Origin: Candidatus Woesearchaeota archaeon
GTDB lineage: Archaea; Nanobdellota; Nanobdellia; Woesearchaeales; 21-14-0-10-32-9
DNA length: 64,000 nucleotides
Assembly (NCBI GenBank): GCA_047602735.1
Contig: JBLKOK010000002.1
Span: 20,280 to 84,279, forward strand
Reading direction: 5' to 3'
Numbering within the stretch: the stretch's first letter is position 1; each line of letters begins with the position of its first letter. The translations under genes and the position numbers were made by a program. Below the pieces are notes generated by a model, which saw only the letters and a list, made by a program, of their open reading frames with translations, was not told the origin of the DNA and made no database searches. This document shows positions 44,738 to 54,196 of the stretch, in pieces.

Positions 44738-45385
44738 TTGTTATTTATGAATTGGCTAAAGAAGTTTTGGAAGTTTTTGTGGCATGATGATTCTTTTCTT
44801 AGCTGGGTTACTTTAGCAATCATAGTTTTTGTTATGTTCAAATTTGTTTTGTATCCTTTAAGCGGAGTAATTTTTGGTACTAGTTTGCCTGTTGTTGCTG
44901 TTATTAGTGAGAGCATGGAGCATCGTGTTAATATTGATGATAACGGTGTTAATTATATGTGCGGTATTAGTTTTAGTAGGAGCAATAGAGAGGTTACTTT
45001 TGATAGATGGTGGGCTATTTGTGGTTCTTGGTATGAACAAAATACAGATATTACTAAAGAGGAGTTTTCAGAATTTAGGTTTAGTAATGGTTTTAATAAA
45101 GGAGATATTATTTTTGCTAGAGGAAAAAATTCTGAAGATATCGAGGTAGGCGATGTTATTATTTTTGCTACAAATCAACCAGTTCCAATTATTCACAGAG
45201 TTATTGAGATATTTGAAGAGGACGGAGATTTGTTTTTTGCAACTAAAGGAGATAATAATGCTGATGTTAATAGGGCTATTGGAGAGCATAGAATTCATGA
45301 AGATAATGTCTTAGGCGTAGCTAGTTTTAGGGTTCCTTGGCTTGGTTATTTTAGGGTTTGGCTTGGCGAATTTTTAGGCATATAA
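44738..45385 (+). CDS. signal peptidase I, archaeal/ER Sec11 type (S26B)
   Basis: N-terminal TM anchor, Ser box VISESMEH, and His box IIHRV ... KGDNNADVN (box E). Confidence 0.8.
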   Translation: MLFMNWLKKFWKFLWHDDSFLSWVTLAIIVFVMFKFVLYPLSGVIFGTSLPVVAVISESMEHRVNIDDNGVNYMCGISFSRSNREVTFDRWWAICGSWYEQNTDITKEEFSEFRFSNGFNKGDIIFARGKNSEDIEVGDVIIFATNQPVPIIHRVIEIFEEDGDLFFATKGDNNADVNRAIGEHRIHEDNVLGVASFRVPWLGYFRVWLGEFLGI

Positions 45386-45424
45386 ACCACAAATAATATA
45401 AAATGTATATTTTTACTTTAAGTT

Positions 45425-46012
45425 ATGAAAGCTTTAGTTATATATGGACATCCAAACAAAAAAGGACATAACGGTTTTATTTTAAAGAGTGTTTTAAAAA
45501 AATTAGATGAAAGACACATAGATTATAAGATGTTAGATTTATATCATATGAAATTTAATCCTGTTTTAGATGAGACAGAGCTTTATACTCAAGGAAAGAA
45601 ACCAAAAAAAGATGTTTTGAAGTACCAAAAGCTTATTCGTGAAGCTGATGAACTCATCATTATTTATCCTGTTTGGTGGAATTCTATGCCTGGCATCGTT
45701 AAAGGTTTTTTTGATAGGGTTTTAACACCTGGTTTTGCTTATTATTTTAAGCATCTTATTTTTAATCAAGGTTACCCTGTTGGTCTTTTGAAAAATAAAA
45801 CTGCTAGTGTTTTTTTGACTACTGGTAGTAATAGGTGGCTTTATAAGATTTTTACTGGTGCTCGTGCTCATAAGCAAGTTAAGCGTGATTTACTTGGTAT
45901 GACTGGTATGAAGGTTAAAGTTTTTCATCTTGATAGTTGTTTAAAATTTGATGAAAGAGCTAAGAAAAGGATCAAGGTTTTGGTTAGAAAAGCTTTTAAA
46001 AGAATTCTGTAA
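45425..46012 (+). CDS. flavodoxin-like fold NAD(P)H dehydrogenase (quinone)/azoreductase-family protein
   Basis: MKALVIYGHPNKKGHNGFILKSVLKKL... and ELIIIYPVWWNSMPGIVKGFFDRV are typical of the Flavodoxin_2/NQO family. Confidence 0.65.
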   Translation: MKALVIYGHPNKKGHNGFILKSVLKKLDERHIDYKMLDLYHMKFNPVLDETELYTQGKKPKKDVLKYQKLIREADELIIIYPVWWNSMPGIVKGFFDRVLTPGFAYYFKHLIFNQGYPVGLLKNKTASVFLTTGSNRWLYKIFTGARAHKQVKRDLLGMTGMKVKVFHLDSCLKFDERAKKRIKVLVRKAFKRIL

Positions 46013-46044
46013 TTTTTAGATAAATTATTTTTATTTGTTGTTTA

Positions 46045-46118
46045 GAGGTTGTGGTCTAGTTTGGTATGATACACGGCTGGGGGCCGTGTGATCGGGGGTT
46101 CAAATCCTCCCAACCTCA
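46045..46118 (+). tRNA. tRNA-Pro (anticodon GGG)
   Basis: Acceptor GAGGTTG/CAACCTC, D-loop with GG, anticodon stem CACGG/CCGTG with loop CTGGGGG, and T-arm GGGGG-TTCAAAT-CCTCC (one G-U pair). Confidence 0.65.
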
Positions 46119-46182
46119 TAATTATGGTTAAAAAATCGATTAAATAAATTATTTAAATAACGAAATAAAATATTTTGTTGTT

Positions 46183-46962
46183 ATGAATGTAGATTTAAAA
46201 AAAAGTCTTGGATCAGTTAAGAATAATTTGTTTGGCAAGGGTTTTTTTTCTTCAAATTTCAAAAATAGGATTGTTAGTAAATTAAAAAAAGGAGTTATAA
46301 CTTTTACATCCATAGTTGCTTTGACAACAAGTCTTAATTTAGAAGCTAAAGGTAATTTTTCAGATACGCTAAGAGAGCTTAAAAATATAAGCTTACAAAT
46401 TAGTTCAAATCCTCATTTATCTGAGGAGGAAAAAGATATTTTAAATAATAGAGTTGCAAATAAAACTGTTGAATTAAGTGAGAGAATTTTGAGTGAAATT
46501 AATGAATTGATAGTTGCTAAAGATTATGATAAAGCGTTAAATGATGCTGTTTTGTGGTATAAATTAGTTTCAGTATATGAAGATACGCCTTTAAAGAAAA
46601 GTATTGAAAGAATTATTTATGATATTAAAGATGTTAAATCAAGCACAAATAATGTTACTGGCAAAGAGATTAGTAAGTTAAGTTTCAATGATCTCAAGAG
46701 ATTAGATGCGTTTCAAAGAATGGACTTGATTAAGTTAATTAGTAATAATTATGATTTAACTAAAGAGTCTGAAGTTGTTAATTATTTAGCTAAGATATAT
46801 ATTTCCGGTTATCCTTTAATTGATGAGTTAGAAGAAGGAAGGTTTGTAAATATGACTTCTCATAATGTTAGGATTAGATTTAAGATAAATAACGGTACGA
46901 TTATAGGAGTTATAAATTTATCAAGGATTAATCCACAAGAATTTTATTTTAAAATAGATTGA
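46183..46962 (+). CDS. hypothetical protein (tandem paralogue A)
   Basis: Shares N-terminal (KGFFSSNFKNRIVSKLKKGVITFTSIVAL) and C-terminal (NYLAKIYISG...IIGVINL) blocks with 47008..47772. Confidence 0.3.
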   Translation: MNVDLKKSLGSVKNNLFGKGFFSSNFKNRIVSKLKKGVITFTSIVALTTSLNLEAKGNFSDTLRELKNISLQISSNPHLSEEEKDILNNRVANKTVELSERILSEINELIVAKDYDKALNDAVLWYKLVSVYEDTPLKKSIERIIYDIKDVKSSTNNVTGKEISKLSFNDLKRLDAFQRMDLIKLISNNYDLTKESEVVNYLAKIYISGYPLIDELEEGRFVNMTSHNVRIRFKINNGTIIGVINLSRINPQEFYFKID

Positions 46963-47007
46963 TTTTAAAAAAGTATTTAAATTAAATACCTCATAATTTT
47001 TATTAGT

Positions 47008-47772
47008 ATGAATAAAAGAGTTGTGAGAATATTAAAAGAAGTTAGTTCTAATATTTATAAAACTGGTTTTTTAAAAAAAAATTTTAATTTTAGAATACAA
47101 AATAGGTTGAATAAAGGGATTGTTACTTTGAGTTCTATTTTGAGTGTTATAAAATTTTTAGAAGAACAAGATAAAGGACATTATTCTTTGGTTTTAAATC
47201 AGTTAAAAAATTATGTATTAAAATTAGATATAGATAAAAATCTTGATAGTGAGAAACGTAAAGAACAGTATGTTAGTGTTGCTAGTTTTAGTTCTAATTT
47301 AGTTGATAAAGTTTTTTTAGAAATATCAGAATTATTAGAACAAAAAAAATATTTACTTGCTAAAAGACATATTAATAATTTCGTGCTGCTTAGTAGAGGT
47401 TTTAAAGATAAAGGTCTTGAGAAAAGTCTTTTAAAATTAAGAAAAGAAGTTAGTGAACTTGAGAGAATATCAACTTTAGGTGTTGTTAAACATAGTTTAA
47501 AAGAATTGATTAATATGAGTGATGAGGAATTAGTTAATCACATAAATAATATTTTAAATAGATTAAATAAAAAAGTTGAAGACTCTTTAGTTAAATACTT
47601 GGCTAAGGTTTATCTTAGTGCTAATAAAAATTTAAATTCTTTAGATGAAACTAAACAGTATAAGTTTAGCACTCCTGTTGCAATTGCTACTTTTAAAAAA
47701 GTAGATAGTAGTATTTTAGGGGTTATAACTTTTAAAGAAAAAGATTATGATTTTAGTTTTAATTTAGATTAA
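47008..47772 (+). CDS. hypothetical protein (tandem paralogue B)
   Basis: TGFLKKNFNFRIQNRLNKGIVTLSSILSV ... KYLAKVYLSA...ILGVITF. Paralogous to the preceding ORF. Confidence 0.3.
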   Translation: MNKRVVRILKEVSSNIYKTGFLKKNFNFRIQNRLNKGIVTLSSILSVIKFLEEQDKGHYSLVLNQLKNYVLKLDIDKNLDSEKRKEQYVSVASFSSNLVDKVFLEISELLEQKKYLLAKRHINNFVLLSRGFKDKGLEKSLLKLRKEVSELERISTLGVVKHSLKELINMSDEELVNHINNILNRLNKKVEDSLVKYLAKVYLSANKNLNSLDETKQYKFSTPVAIATFKKVDSSILGVITFKEKDYDFSFNLD

Positions 47773-50540
47773 AAGCTTATAGTTCTTCCTTGGAGTTTGG
47801 ATTGTTCTGTCATCTCTATTTTTATTAGTAGTTTTATTATTTCACTTGTTAGTATCGCTGTACTTCCAAGCAGTATTACTATTAGCCAATCAAATCCTGC
47901 TAGTGGCGTTGTTTGTAGTATTGATTGTCCAAAGTTTGTGTGTATACTTAAAATCAATATTATTGTACTTATTGCTATACTTGCAAAAAAGAATTTGTTT
48001 GTAAAAAATCTTTTTTGGAATATAGTAGTGTGTAGACTTCTTGCATTAAATGCGTGGAATAGTTCAAATACTACTATTGTTGCAAATGCTAGTGTTCTTG
48101 CTCTTTCTACTTCTGCTCCTCCATAGTATAGTTCCCATAAGAAGAATCCTAGTGTTAGCATTACTAGTAGTGGGCTTACTGCTGCAACTCTTAGTAATAT
48201 ATATTCACTTAGTAATTTTTCTTTTGGATCTCTTGGTTTGTATTCCATTACTTTTTTATTTGTAGGTTCGAGGCTTAAACCAAAGCTTGGTATTGTGCTT
48301 GTTATTACGTTAATAAATAATATCATTAATGCTGTTAGCGGATTTATTAAGTTAAACATAATAGCTATTAGTATTATTAGTGCTTCTGCTATGTTTATTG
48401 TAAGCATGTAGTATGTAAATCTTCTTATGTTGCTATAAATTGTTCTTCCTTCTTTTACTGCTTTTACTATTGTGCTAAATGCATCGTCCATTAGTATCAT
48501 ATTACTGCTTTCTCTTGCAACATCTGTTCCTTCAAGACCCATGCTTACTCCTATGTCTGCTTTTTTTAGTGCAGGAGCATCGTTTACTCCGTCTCCCGTC
48601 ATTGCAACTATTTCTCCTAGTCTTTGTTGACTTTTTACTATTCTTAATTTGTGATCAGGTGTGGTTCTTGCAAATATTTTTACGTTAGGCATAGCTTCAT
48701 CTAGTTCTTCATCGTTCATAGAATCTATGTCTTTTCCTTCAAGTACTAAGTCGTATTTGCTTTGTATTAGTCCAAGTTGTCTTCCTATTACTATTGCTGT
48801 TGATTTGTGATCTCCTGTTACCATAACTGTTTTTATTCCAGCAGATTTACATTCTTTGATAGCTTCTACTACGTCTTCTCTTATAGGGTCGTGTATCCCT
48901 ATCATTCCTAGGAATATGTAGTCTTTTTCTGATTTTTTTATTAGTTCTTTTTTGTTTTTTCCTTTGAAGTGTTTTATTCCAAGTCCTAATACTCTTAGGC
49001 TTTCATTTGTATAATTGTGTACGTGTTTTAGGATTTTTTGTTTTTGTTTATCTGTTAGCTTTACTATTTTTCCATGGCTGTACATATAGCTGCTTTTTTC
49101 TAGTACTTTTTCTACTGCTCCTTTTAGGTATGCCGCTGAGTTTTTTCCGTCTTCGTTTATAGATACCATATATTTTTTTGTTGAGTCAAATGGTTCTTCG
49201 TGTATTCTTTTGTTTTCTTCTCTGACTACTTCTTCGTCAAATCCTGCGCTTGCTGCAAGGCTTAGCATCGCTCCTTCTGTTGGCTCTCCTGATAATTGGT
49301 AGTTTCCTTCTTTGTTTATGATTTCTGCGTTGTTACATAGTATTGCGGTGTAGAAGAAGTCGTGTCTTTTTTGTAGTTCTTTTTTTGATATTTCTTTTCC
49401 TTTTAATTTGAAAACTGAGTTTGGTTCGTATGGCTTTCCATCAACATCTATATCGTGATCCGAGTTAAAGTTTACTTTGACTGCAAGCATCTTGTTTTGT
49501 GTTAGTGTTCCTGTTTTATCTGTGCAAATAACTGTTGTTGTTCCAAGGGTTTCTACTGAGCCCATATCTTTTATGACCGCGTTATTTTTGGCCATTCTTT
49601 TTACCCCACTAGACAGTGCCAGCGTTAGGGCTAAAGGAAATCCTTCAGGTATTGCGCTTACTGCTAGTGCTGCTACAAGTAAAAGTGCTGCAGGTGTTTC
49701 TACTCCTTTTAGTAATAATATGAAGTAAACTATTATACACAAAAATATTACTGCGTAACTTATACGATGAGTCATAGTATCTATTTTTTTTTGTAGAGGT
49801 GTTTTTTGTATTCCTATGCTTGCTAGTTTTTTGCTTATTTTTCCTATCTCAGAATTAAATCCTGTTGCAACTACTACTCCTAGTCCTGTTCCATTCATTA
49901 TACTTGTTCCAGAATAAGCTATGTTATCTGTGTCTGCTATTCCAAGTTCGTGATCTTTTAGCGGTGTTGATATTTTTCCTTTTGGAACGCTTTCTCCTGT
50001 TAGAATAGATTCGTTTATTCTAAGTCCGTTGCTTTCTATTATTCTAAGGTCTGCTGGAACTATGAGTCCTCTTTTTAGAATTACTACGTCTCCTGGTACT
50101 AGGTCTTCTGCTAGGATTTGTTTTTTGTGTCCTCCTCTTATTACTTCTACTTTTTTTGCTGTGAGTTTTGAGAGTGCTTCTACTGATTTTTCTGCTCTAA
50201 ATTCTTGTATGAAGCTAAGAAGTACTGTGAATGCTATTATTACCATTATTACGTAGAATTCTACTGGGTGTCCTAGGTAAAGTGAGATTAGTGCTGTTAC
50301 AAATAATACGTAGACTAGTATGTTGTTAAATTTTCTGATAAAAGATTTTAGTAGCTTAAATTTTTCTTTTTTTATTATGTTGTTTTTTCCGTTTTGTTCT
50401 AGTAGTTTGTGTGCTTGTTTATCTTCTAATCCTTTTTTTGAGGAGTTTGTTTCTTTTAGGACTTCGTCTACTGTTTGAATGTGCCAATAAATTTTTTTTT
50501 CGTCTTTGTATAAATTTGGTCCTTCAACTGATTTAGACAA
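47769..50540 (-). CDS. P-type cation-transporting ATPase (type IIA, Ca2+-ATPase-like)
   Basis: Phosphorylation site ICTDKTGTLTQNKM, TGDHKSTA, and hinge GDGVNDAPALKKADIGVSMG. About 10 TM segments. 923 aa. Confidence 0.95.
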   Translation of the reverse strand: MSKSVEGPNLYKDEKKIYWHIQTVDEVLKETNSSKKGLEDKQAHKLLEQNGKNNIIKKEKFKLLKSFIRKFNNILVYVLFVTALISLYLGHPVEFYVIMVIIAFTVLLSFIQEFRAEKSVEALSKLTAKKVEVIRGGHKKQILAEDLVPGDVVILKRGLIVPADLRIIESNGLRINESILTGESVPKGKISTPLKDHELGIADTDNIAYSGTSIMNGTGLGVVVATGFNSEIGKISKKLASIGIQKTPLQKKIDTMTHRISYAVIFLCIIVYFILLLKGVETPAALLLVAALAVSAIPEGFPLALTLALSSGVKRMAKNNAVIKDMGSVETLGTTTVICTDKTGTLTQNKMLAVKVNFNSDHDIDVDGKPYEPNSVFKLKGKEISKKELQKRHDFFYTAILCNNAEIINKEGNYQLSGEPTEGAMLSLAASAGFDEEVVREENKRIHEEPFDSTKKYMVSINEDGKNSAAYLKGAVEKVLEKSSYMYSHGKIVKLTDKQKQKILKHVHNYTNESLRVLGLGIKHFKGKNKKELIKKSEKDYIFLGMIGIHDPIREDVVEAIKECKSAGIKTVMVTGDHKSTAIVIGRQLGLIQSKYDLVLEGKDIDSMNDEELDEAMPNVKIFARTTPDHKLRIVKSQQRLGEIVAMTGDGVNDAPALKKADIGVSMGLEGTDVARESSNMILMDDAFSTIVKAVKEGRTIYSNIRRFTYYMLTINIAEALIILIAIMFNLINPLTALMILFINVITSTIPSFGLSLEPTNKKVMEYKPRDPKEKLLSEYILLRVAAVSPLLVMLTLGFFLWELYYGGAEVERARTLAFATIVVFELFHAFNARSLHTTIFQKRFFTNKFFFASIAISTIILILSIHTNFGQSILQTTPLAGFDWLIVILLGSTAILTSEIIKLLIKIEMTEQSKLQGRTISF

Positions 50541-50676
50541 ACTCCCACCTCAATTATAACTATATATGATTTATATATAAAAGTTTCTAGTACTCATAAT
50601 AAAATGTGTTGTAACTTTTAGTTAAATTTATATAATATATACTTTGTTTTAGGTATGTTAAAAGAGGAATTTTTAA

Positions 50677-53600
50677 ATGACTAAGATATTAAAATTAGAA
50701 CTTAAGGGATTTAAGTCCTTTGCTCAAAGAACGGAGATTCCCTTCGGAGATAATTATAATTGTGTTCTTGGACCTAATGGTTCTGGTAAGAGTAATATTT
50801 TAGATGCTGTTTGTTTTGTTTTAGGAAAGGCAGGTAGTAAGGGTTTGAGAGCTGAGAAGACTGCTAATCTTATTTATAATGGCGGTAAAACTAAGCAGCC
50901 TGCAAAGAGCGGAGAAGTTAGTATTTATTTTGATAATAAAAGTAAGATTTTTGGTGAGGAAGATATATTAAAAATAAGTAGGATTGTTAAAAGTTCTGGA
51001 CAGTCTGTTTACAAGATTAATAATGAGACTAGTACAAGGCAACAAGTTTTAGACACTCTTAGTAAAGCTAAGATTAATCCTGATGGCTATAATATTATTT
51101 TGCAAGGAGATATTGTTAGACTTGTTGAGATGAGTGGTAATGACAGGCGTCAAATTATCGAAGAGATTGCAGGTATTAATATTTATGAAGAAAAAAAGCA
51201 AAAGGCTTTAAGAGAGTTAAATAGAGTTGATGAAAAGATTGCTGAAGCAGATATTATTTTAAGCGAACGTAAGACTTATCTTAAAGAACTTAGGCAAGAT
51301 AGGGATAAAGCTTTGAAGTTTAAAGATCTTGATAATAAAATTAAAAGGAATAAGGCTACTGTTATTGAGAAGAATTTAAAGGATAAAAATAGTGAAAAAG
51401 ATAAGCTTGAAGTTTCTAAGAAGAAGCTTGATGATGAAATTTTGAGTTTTGAAGAAAAGATTAAGGAGAAAAGAGAAAAGATTTCTGTTTTAAAAGAACA
51501 AATTGATGATATTAATAATGAGATTGAAGAGAAAGGAGAAAAAGAGCAAGTTGAAATTCATAAGCAAGTTGAAAAATTAAAGGTTGATGTTGCTGTTAAT
51601 AAGCAAAGGCTTGAGAGCTTGGATGTTGAGCTTGAAAAAATTAAGAGTAGAAGAAAAGAGCTTCAAGAAAGCTTTAAAGATATTAGCGGTAAGGTTAAGA
51701 TTTTAGAGCAAAATAAAAAAGATATTAATAATAGGATAGATAATAAAACTGCTGAGCTTGATAAGGTTGAGAAAAAGATTTCTGAGTTTAAAGCTAAGAA
51801 TAATATGGATAATGCTTCTGAGCTTGATCAACAAATGGAAGCAGTTGATAAAGAGATTGAAGAGTTACAAGAAAAGATTAATTCTATGCGTGAAGAGCAG
51901 CAAGGTATTTTGAGAGAAAAAGACAGGCTTGATGCTAAACTTATGGGTATTGATGAAAAAATTGAGAAGTTGCTTAGTGCAGAAAAAGAGAATAAGGAAG
52001 GTCTTGAAAAATTAAAGCATATGAAGTCTGAGTTTAAGACTTTAACTACTGATTTAAGTAAGGCTTTAGCTGAAGATAGCAGTCTTTCTGCTCAGCAAAG
52101 TACTGCTCATAGTAAGCTTTTGAGTAAAAAAGAAAATTATTCTAGGCTAAAGGCTAAGTCTATGTCTCTTAGAGAACAAGTTGCTGGTGGTCAGGCTATA
52201 ACTGAGGTTTTGAATATGAACCTTAAAGGTGTTTATGGTATGGTTAGTGATCTTGGAAGTGTTAAGTCTGAACATAGTTTAGCTTTAGAAGTTGCTGCAG
52301 GAGGTCGTATTAAGAGCATAGTTGTTGATAGCGATGAAACTGCTGCTAAGTGTATCACTCATCTTAAAAATACTAGGAGCGGAGTTGCTAGTTTTATTCC
52401 ATTAAATAAGATTAGAGGTCAAGAAATTAATGAACAGCTTAAGAATTTTAAAGCGTCAGGAGTTATTGGTCTTGCTATTGATCTTGTTAGTTTTGAATCA
52501 AAATATCAAAAAGCTTTTGAGTTTGTTTTTGGAAATACATTAGTTGTTCAAGATATCGGTGTTGCTAGAAAGATTGGTATTGGCAAAGTTAGAATGGCTA
52601 CTTTGTCAGGTGACATCGTTGAGGTTAGTGGAGCTATGCAAGGAGGTCACAGACAAAGAAGTAGAGGAGTTGGCTTTGGTGAAAAAGAAGTTCAAGAAGA
52701 GATGGCTAAGCTTGAAAAAGAAATTAATGATCTTGAAGGCGTGGTTTCAAATGTTTCTCAAAAAAGAAATGATAATGAAGCACTTATAAGTAGACTTCGT
52801 GAGCTTAAAGCTAATTTAGAAGGAGATATTATTACGCTAGAAAAAACTCTTAGAATTGATAGTGATGATTTAAGTTCTGATAAAGATGAAAAAGAAAAAA
52901 TAGTGAACGAAGTTAAAAGTTTAGATGAAAAATTAGATGAAGTAACATTTGAGATTTCTTCAAAGAACAGAGAACTTGCAAATAAAAAAGTTGAAAAACA
53001 AAAGTATCGTGATCAAATTAGTAATCTTAGAAATCCTGCTTTACTTGCAGAACTTACTAGTTATGAACAAAAGAAAACTGAACTTCGTGAAGAAATTTCA
53101 GGTCTTAAAATGGAGATTAAGAATGCTCAAAGAGAAGCAGAAAGTATTTATGGTCCTGAACAAGAAAAGATTCAGCAAATCTTTAAGCAACTTGATAAAG
53201 AAGAAGATGGATTTTCAAAAGAAAAAGATTCTCTTATTACATTAATTAAAGAACAAGAAAAAGAGCTTAATACCAAAGAGAAATATCAAAAAGAGTTTTA
53301 TGATAAATTTAAAGGATTATTTAACAAAAGAAATGATTTGACTGATGAAATGAACAAGATTGAGAATAAGATTATGCAAGATAATGATAAGGTTAGAAAT
53401 ACCGAGATAAAAATTAATAATATTAGTATTGAGCTTGCAAAGATTAAAGCTGAGATTAGTGGATTTGAAGAAGAACAAAAACACTACGAAGGCGTGCCTA
53501 CCTATAAAGATAAACCACTTGAACAAATTAAAAAAGAGATAAATGAGTTTGAGAAAATGATGGATAACTTTGGAGCTGTTAATATGAGAGCTTTAGAGAT

Positions 53601-54159
53601 TTATGAAAAAGTTGAATCAGAATATAACAAACTTACTGATAAAAAAGATAGCTTGGTTAAAGAAAAAGAAGATGTCTTAGTTATGATTAACGAAGTTGAT
53701 AGTAAGAAGAAAGTGTTGTTTATGAAGACGTTTGATGTTGTAAATCATAATTTCAAAGAAATATTTAGTATGCTTAGCACCAAAGGAGATGCTGTTTTAG
53801 AGCTTGAAGATAAAAAAGATCCGTTTGCAGGAGGACTTAGTATTAAAGTTAGACTTAGTGGTAAGAAATTCTTAGATATTAGAAGTCTTAGTGGTGGAGA
53901 AAAAACTATGACTGCTTTAGCATTTATTTTTGCTGTTCAAGAACACGAACCAGCTGCTTTCTATGTTTTAGACGAGGTTGATGCTGCTTTAGATAAGAAG
54001 AATAGTGAGCGTTTGGCTAAACTTGTCAAGCAGTATAGTGAGAGAAGCCAGTACGTGATTATTAGTCACAACGACGGAGTTATTCAAGAAGCTGATAATT
54101 TGTATGGTATTAGTATGAATGAGCATGGTGTGAGTAAGGTTACAACTCTTAAGGTTTAA
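50677..54159 (+). CDS. smc: chromosome segregation protein SMC
   Basis: N-terminal Walker A VLGPNGSGKSNILDAVCFVLG, a long coiled-coil, a hinge (GGRIKSIVVDSDETAAKCI), and C-terminal LSGGEKTMTALAFIFAV...YVLDEVDAALD. Confidence 0.95.
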   Translation: MTKILKLELKGFKSFAQRTEIPFGDNYNCVLGPNGSGKSNILDAVCFVLGKAGSKGLRAEKTANLIYNGGKTKQPAKSGEVSIYFDNKSKIFGEEDILKISRIVKSSGQSVYKINNETSTRQQVLDTLSKAKINPDGYNIILQGDIVRLVEMSGNDRRQIIEEIAGINIYEEKKQKALRELNRVDEKIAEADIILSERKTYLKELRQDRDKALKFKDLDNKIKRNKATVIEKNLKDKNSEKDKLEVSKKKLDDEILSFEEKIKEKREKISVLKEQIDDINNEIEEKGEKEQVEIHKQVEKLKVDVAVNKQRLESLDVELEKIKSRRKELQESFKDISGKVKILEQNKKDINNRIDNKTAELDKVEKKISEFKAKNNMDNASELDQQMEAVDKEIEELQEKINSMREEQQGILREKDRLDAKLMGIDEKIEKLLSAEKENKEGLEKLKHMKSEFKTLTTDLSKALAEDSSLSAQQSTAHSKLLSKKENYSRLKAKSMSLREQVAGGQAITEVLNMNLKGVYGMVSDLGSVKSEHSLALEVAAGGRIKSIVVDSDETAAKCITHLKNTRSGVASFIPLNKIRGQEINEQLKNFKASGVIGLAIDLVSFESKYQKAFEFVFGNTLVVQDIGVARKIGIGKVRMATLSGDIVEVSGAMQGGHRQRSRGVGFGEKEVQEEMAKLEKEINDLEGVVSNVSQKRNDNEALISRLRELKANLEGDIITLEKTLRIDSDDLSSDKDEKEKIVNEVKSLDEKLDEVTFEISSKNRELANKKVEKQKYRDQISNLRNPALLAELTSYEQKKTELREEISGLKMEIKNAQREAESIYGPEQEKIQQIFKQLDKEEDGFSKEKDSLITLIKEQEKELNTKEKYQKEFYDKFKGLFNKRNDLTDEMNKIENKIMQDNDKVRNTEIKINNISIELAKIKAEISGFEEEQKHYEGVPTYKDKPLEQIKKEINEFEKMMDNFGAVNMRALEIYEKVESEYNKLTDKKDSLVKEKEDVLVMINEVDSKKKVLFMKTFDVVNHNFKEIFSMLSTKGDAVLELEDKKDPFAGGLSIKVRLSGKKFLDIRSLSGGEKTMTALAFIFAVQEHEPAAFYVLDEVDAALDKKNSERLAKLVKQYSERSQYVIISHNDGVIQEADNLYGISMNEHGVSKVTTLKV

Positions 54160-54196
54160 GGTAAATTTTATATAGTATTAACACATATTTTTTTTA

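Noticed and set aside
46045-46118. Possibility that the tRNA-Pro-like sequence contains an intron or is a pseudo-tRNA because the D-stem pairs imperfectly
   Set aside because: With one G-U pair and a 13-22 mismatch the 74-nt sequence folds into a normal cloverleaf with a canonical T-arm, so no intron is needed. Retained as tRNA with moderate confidence.
47797-50256. Several 60-110 aa plus-strand ORFs within 47.8-50.3 kb
   Set aside because: All lie antisense inside the P-type ATPase gene, whose motifs are unambiguous.
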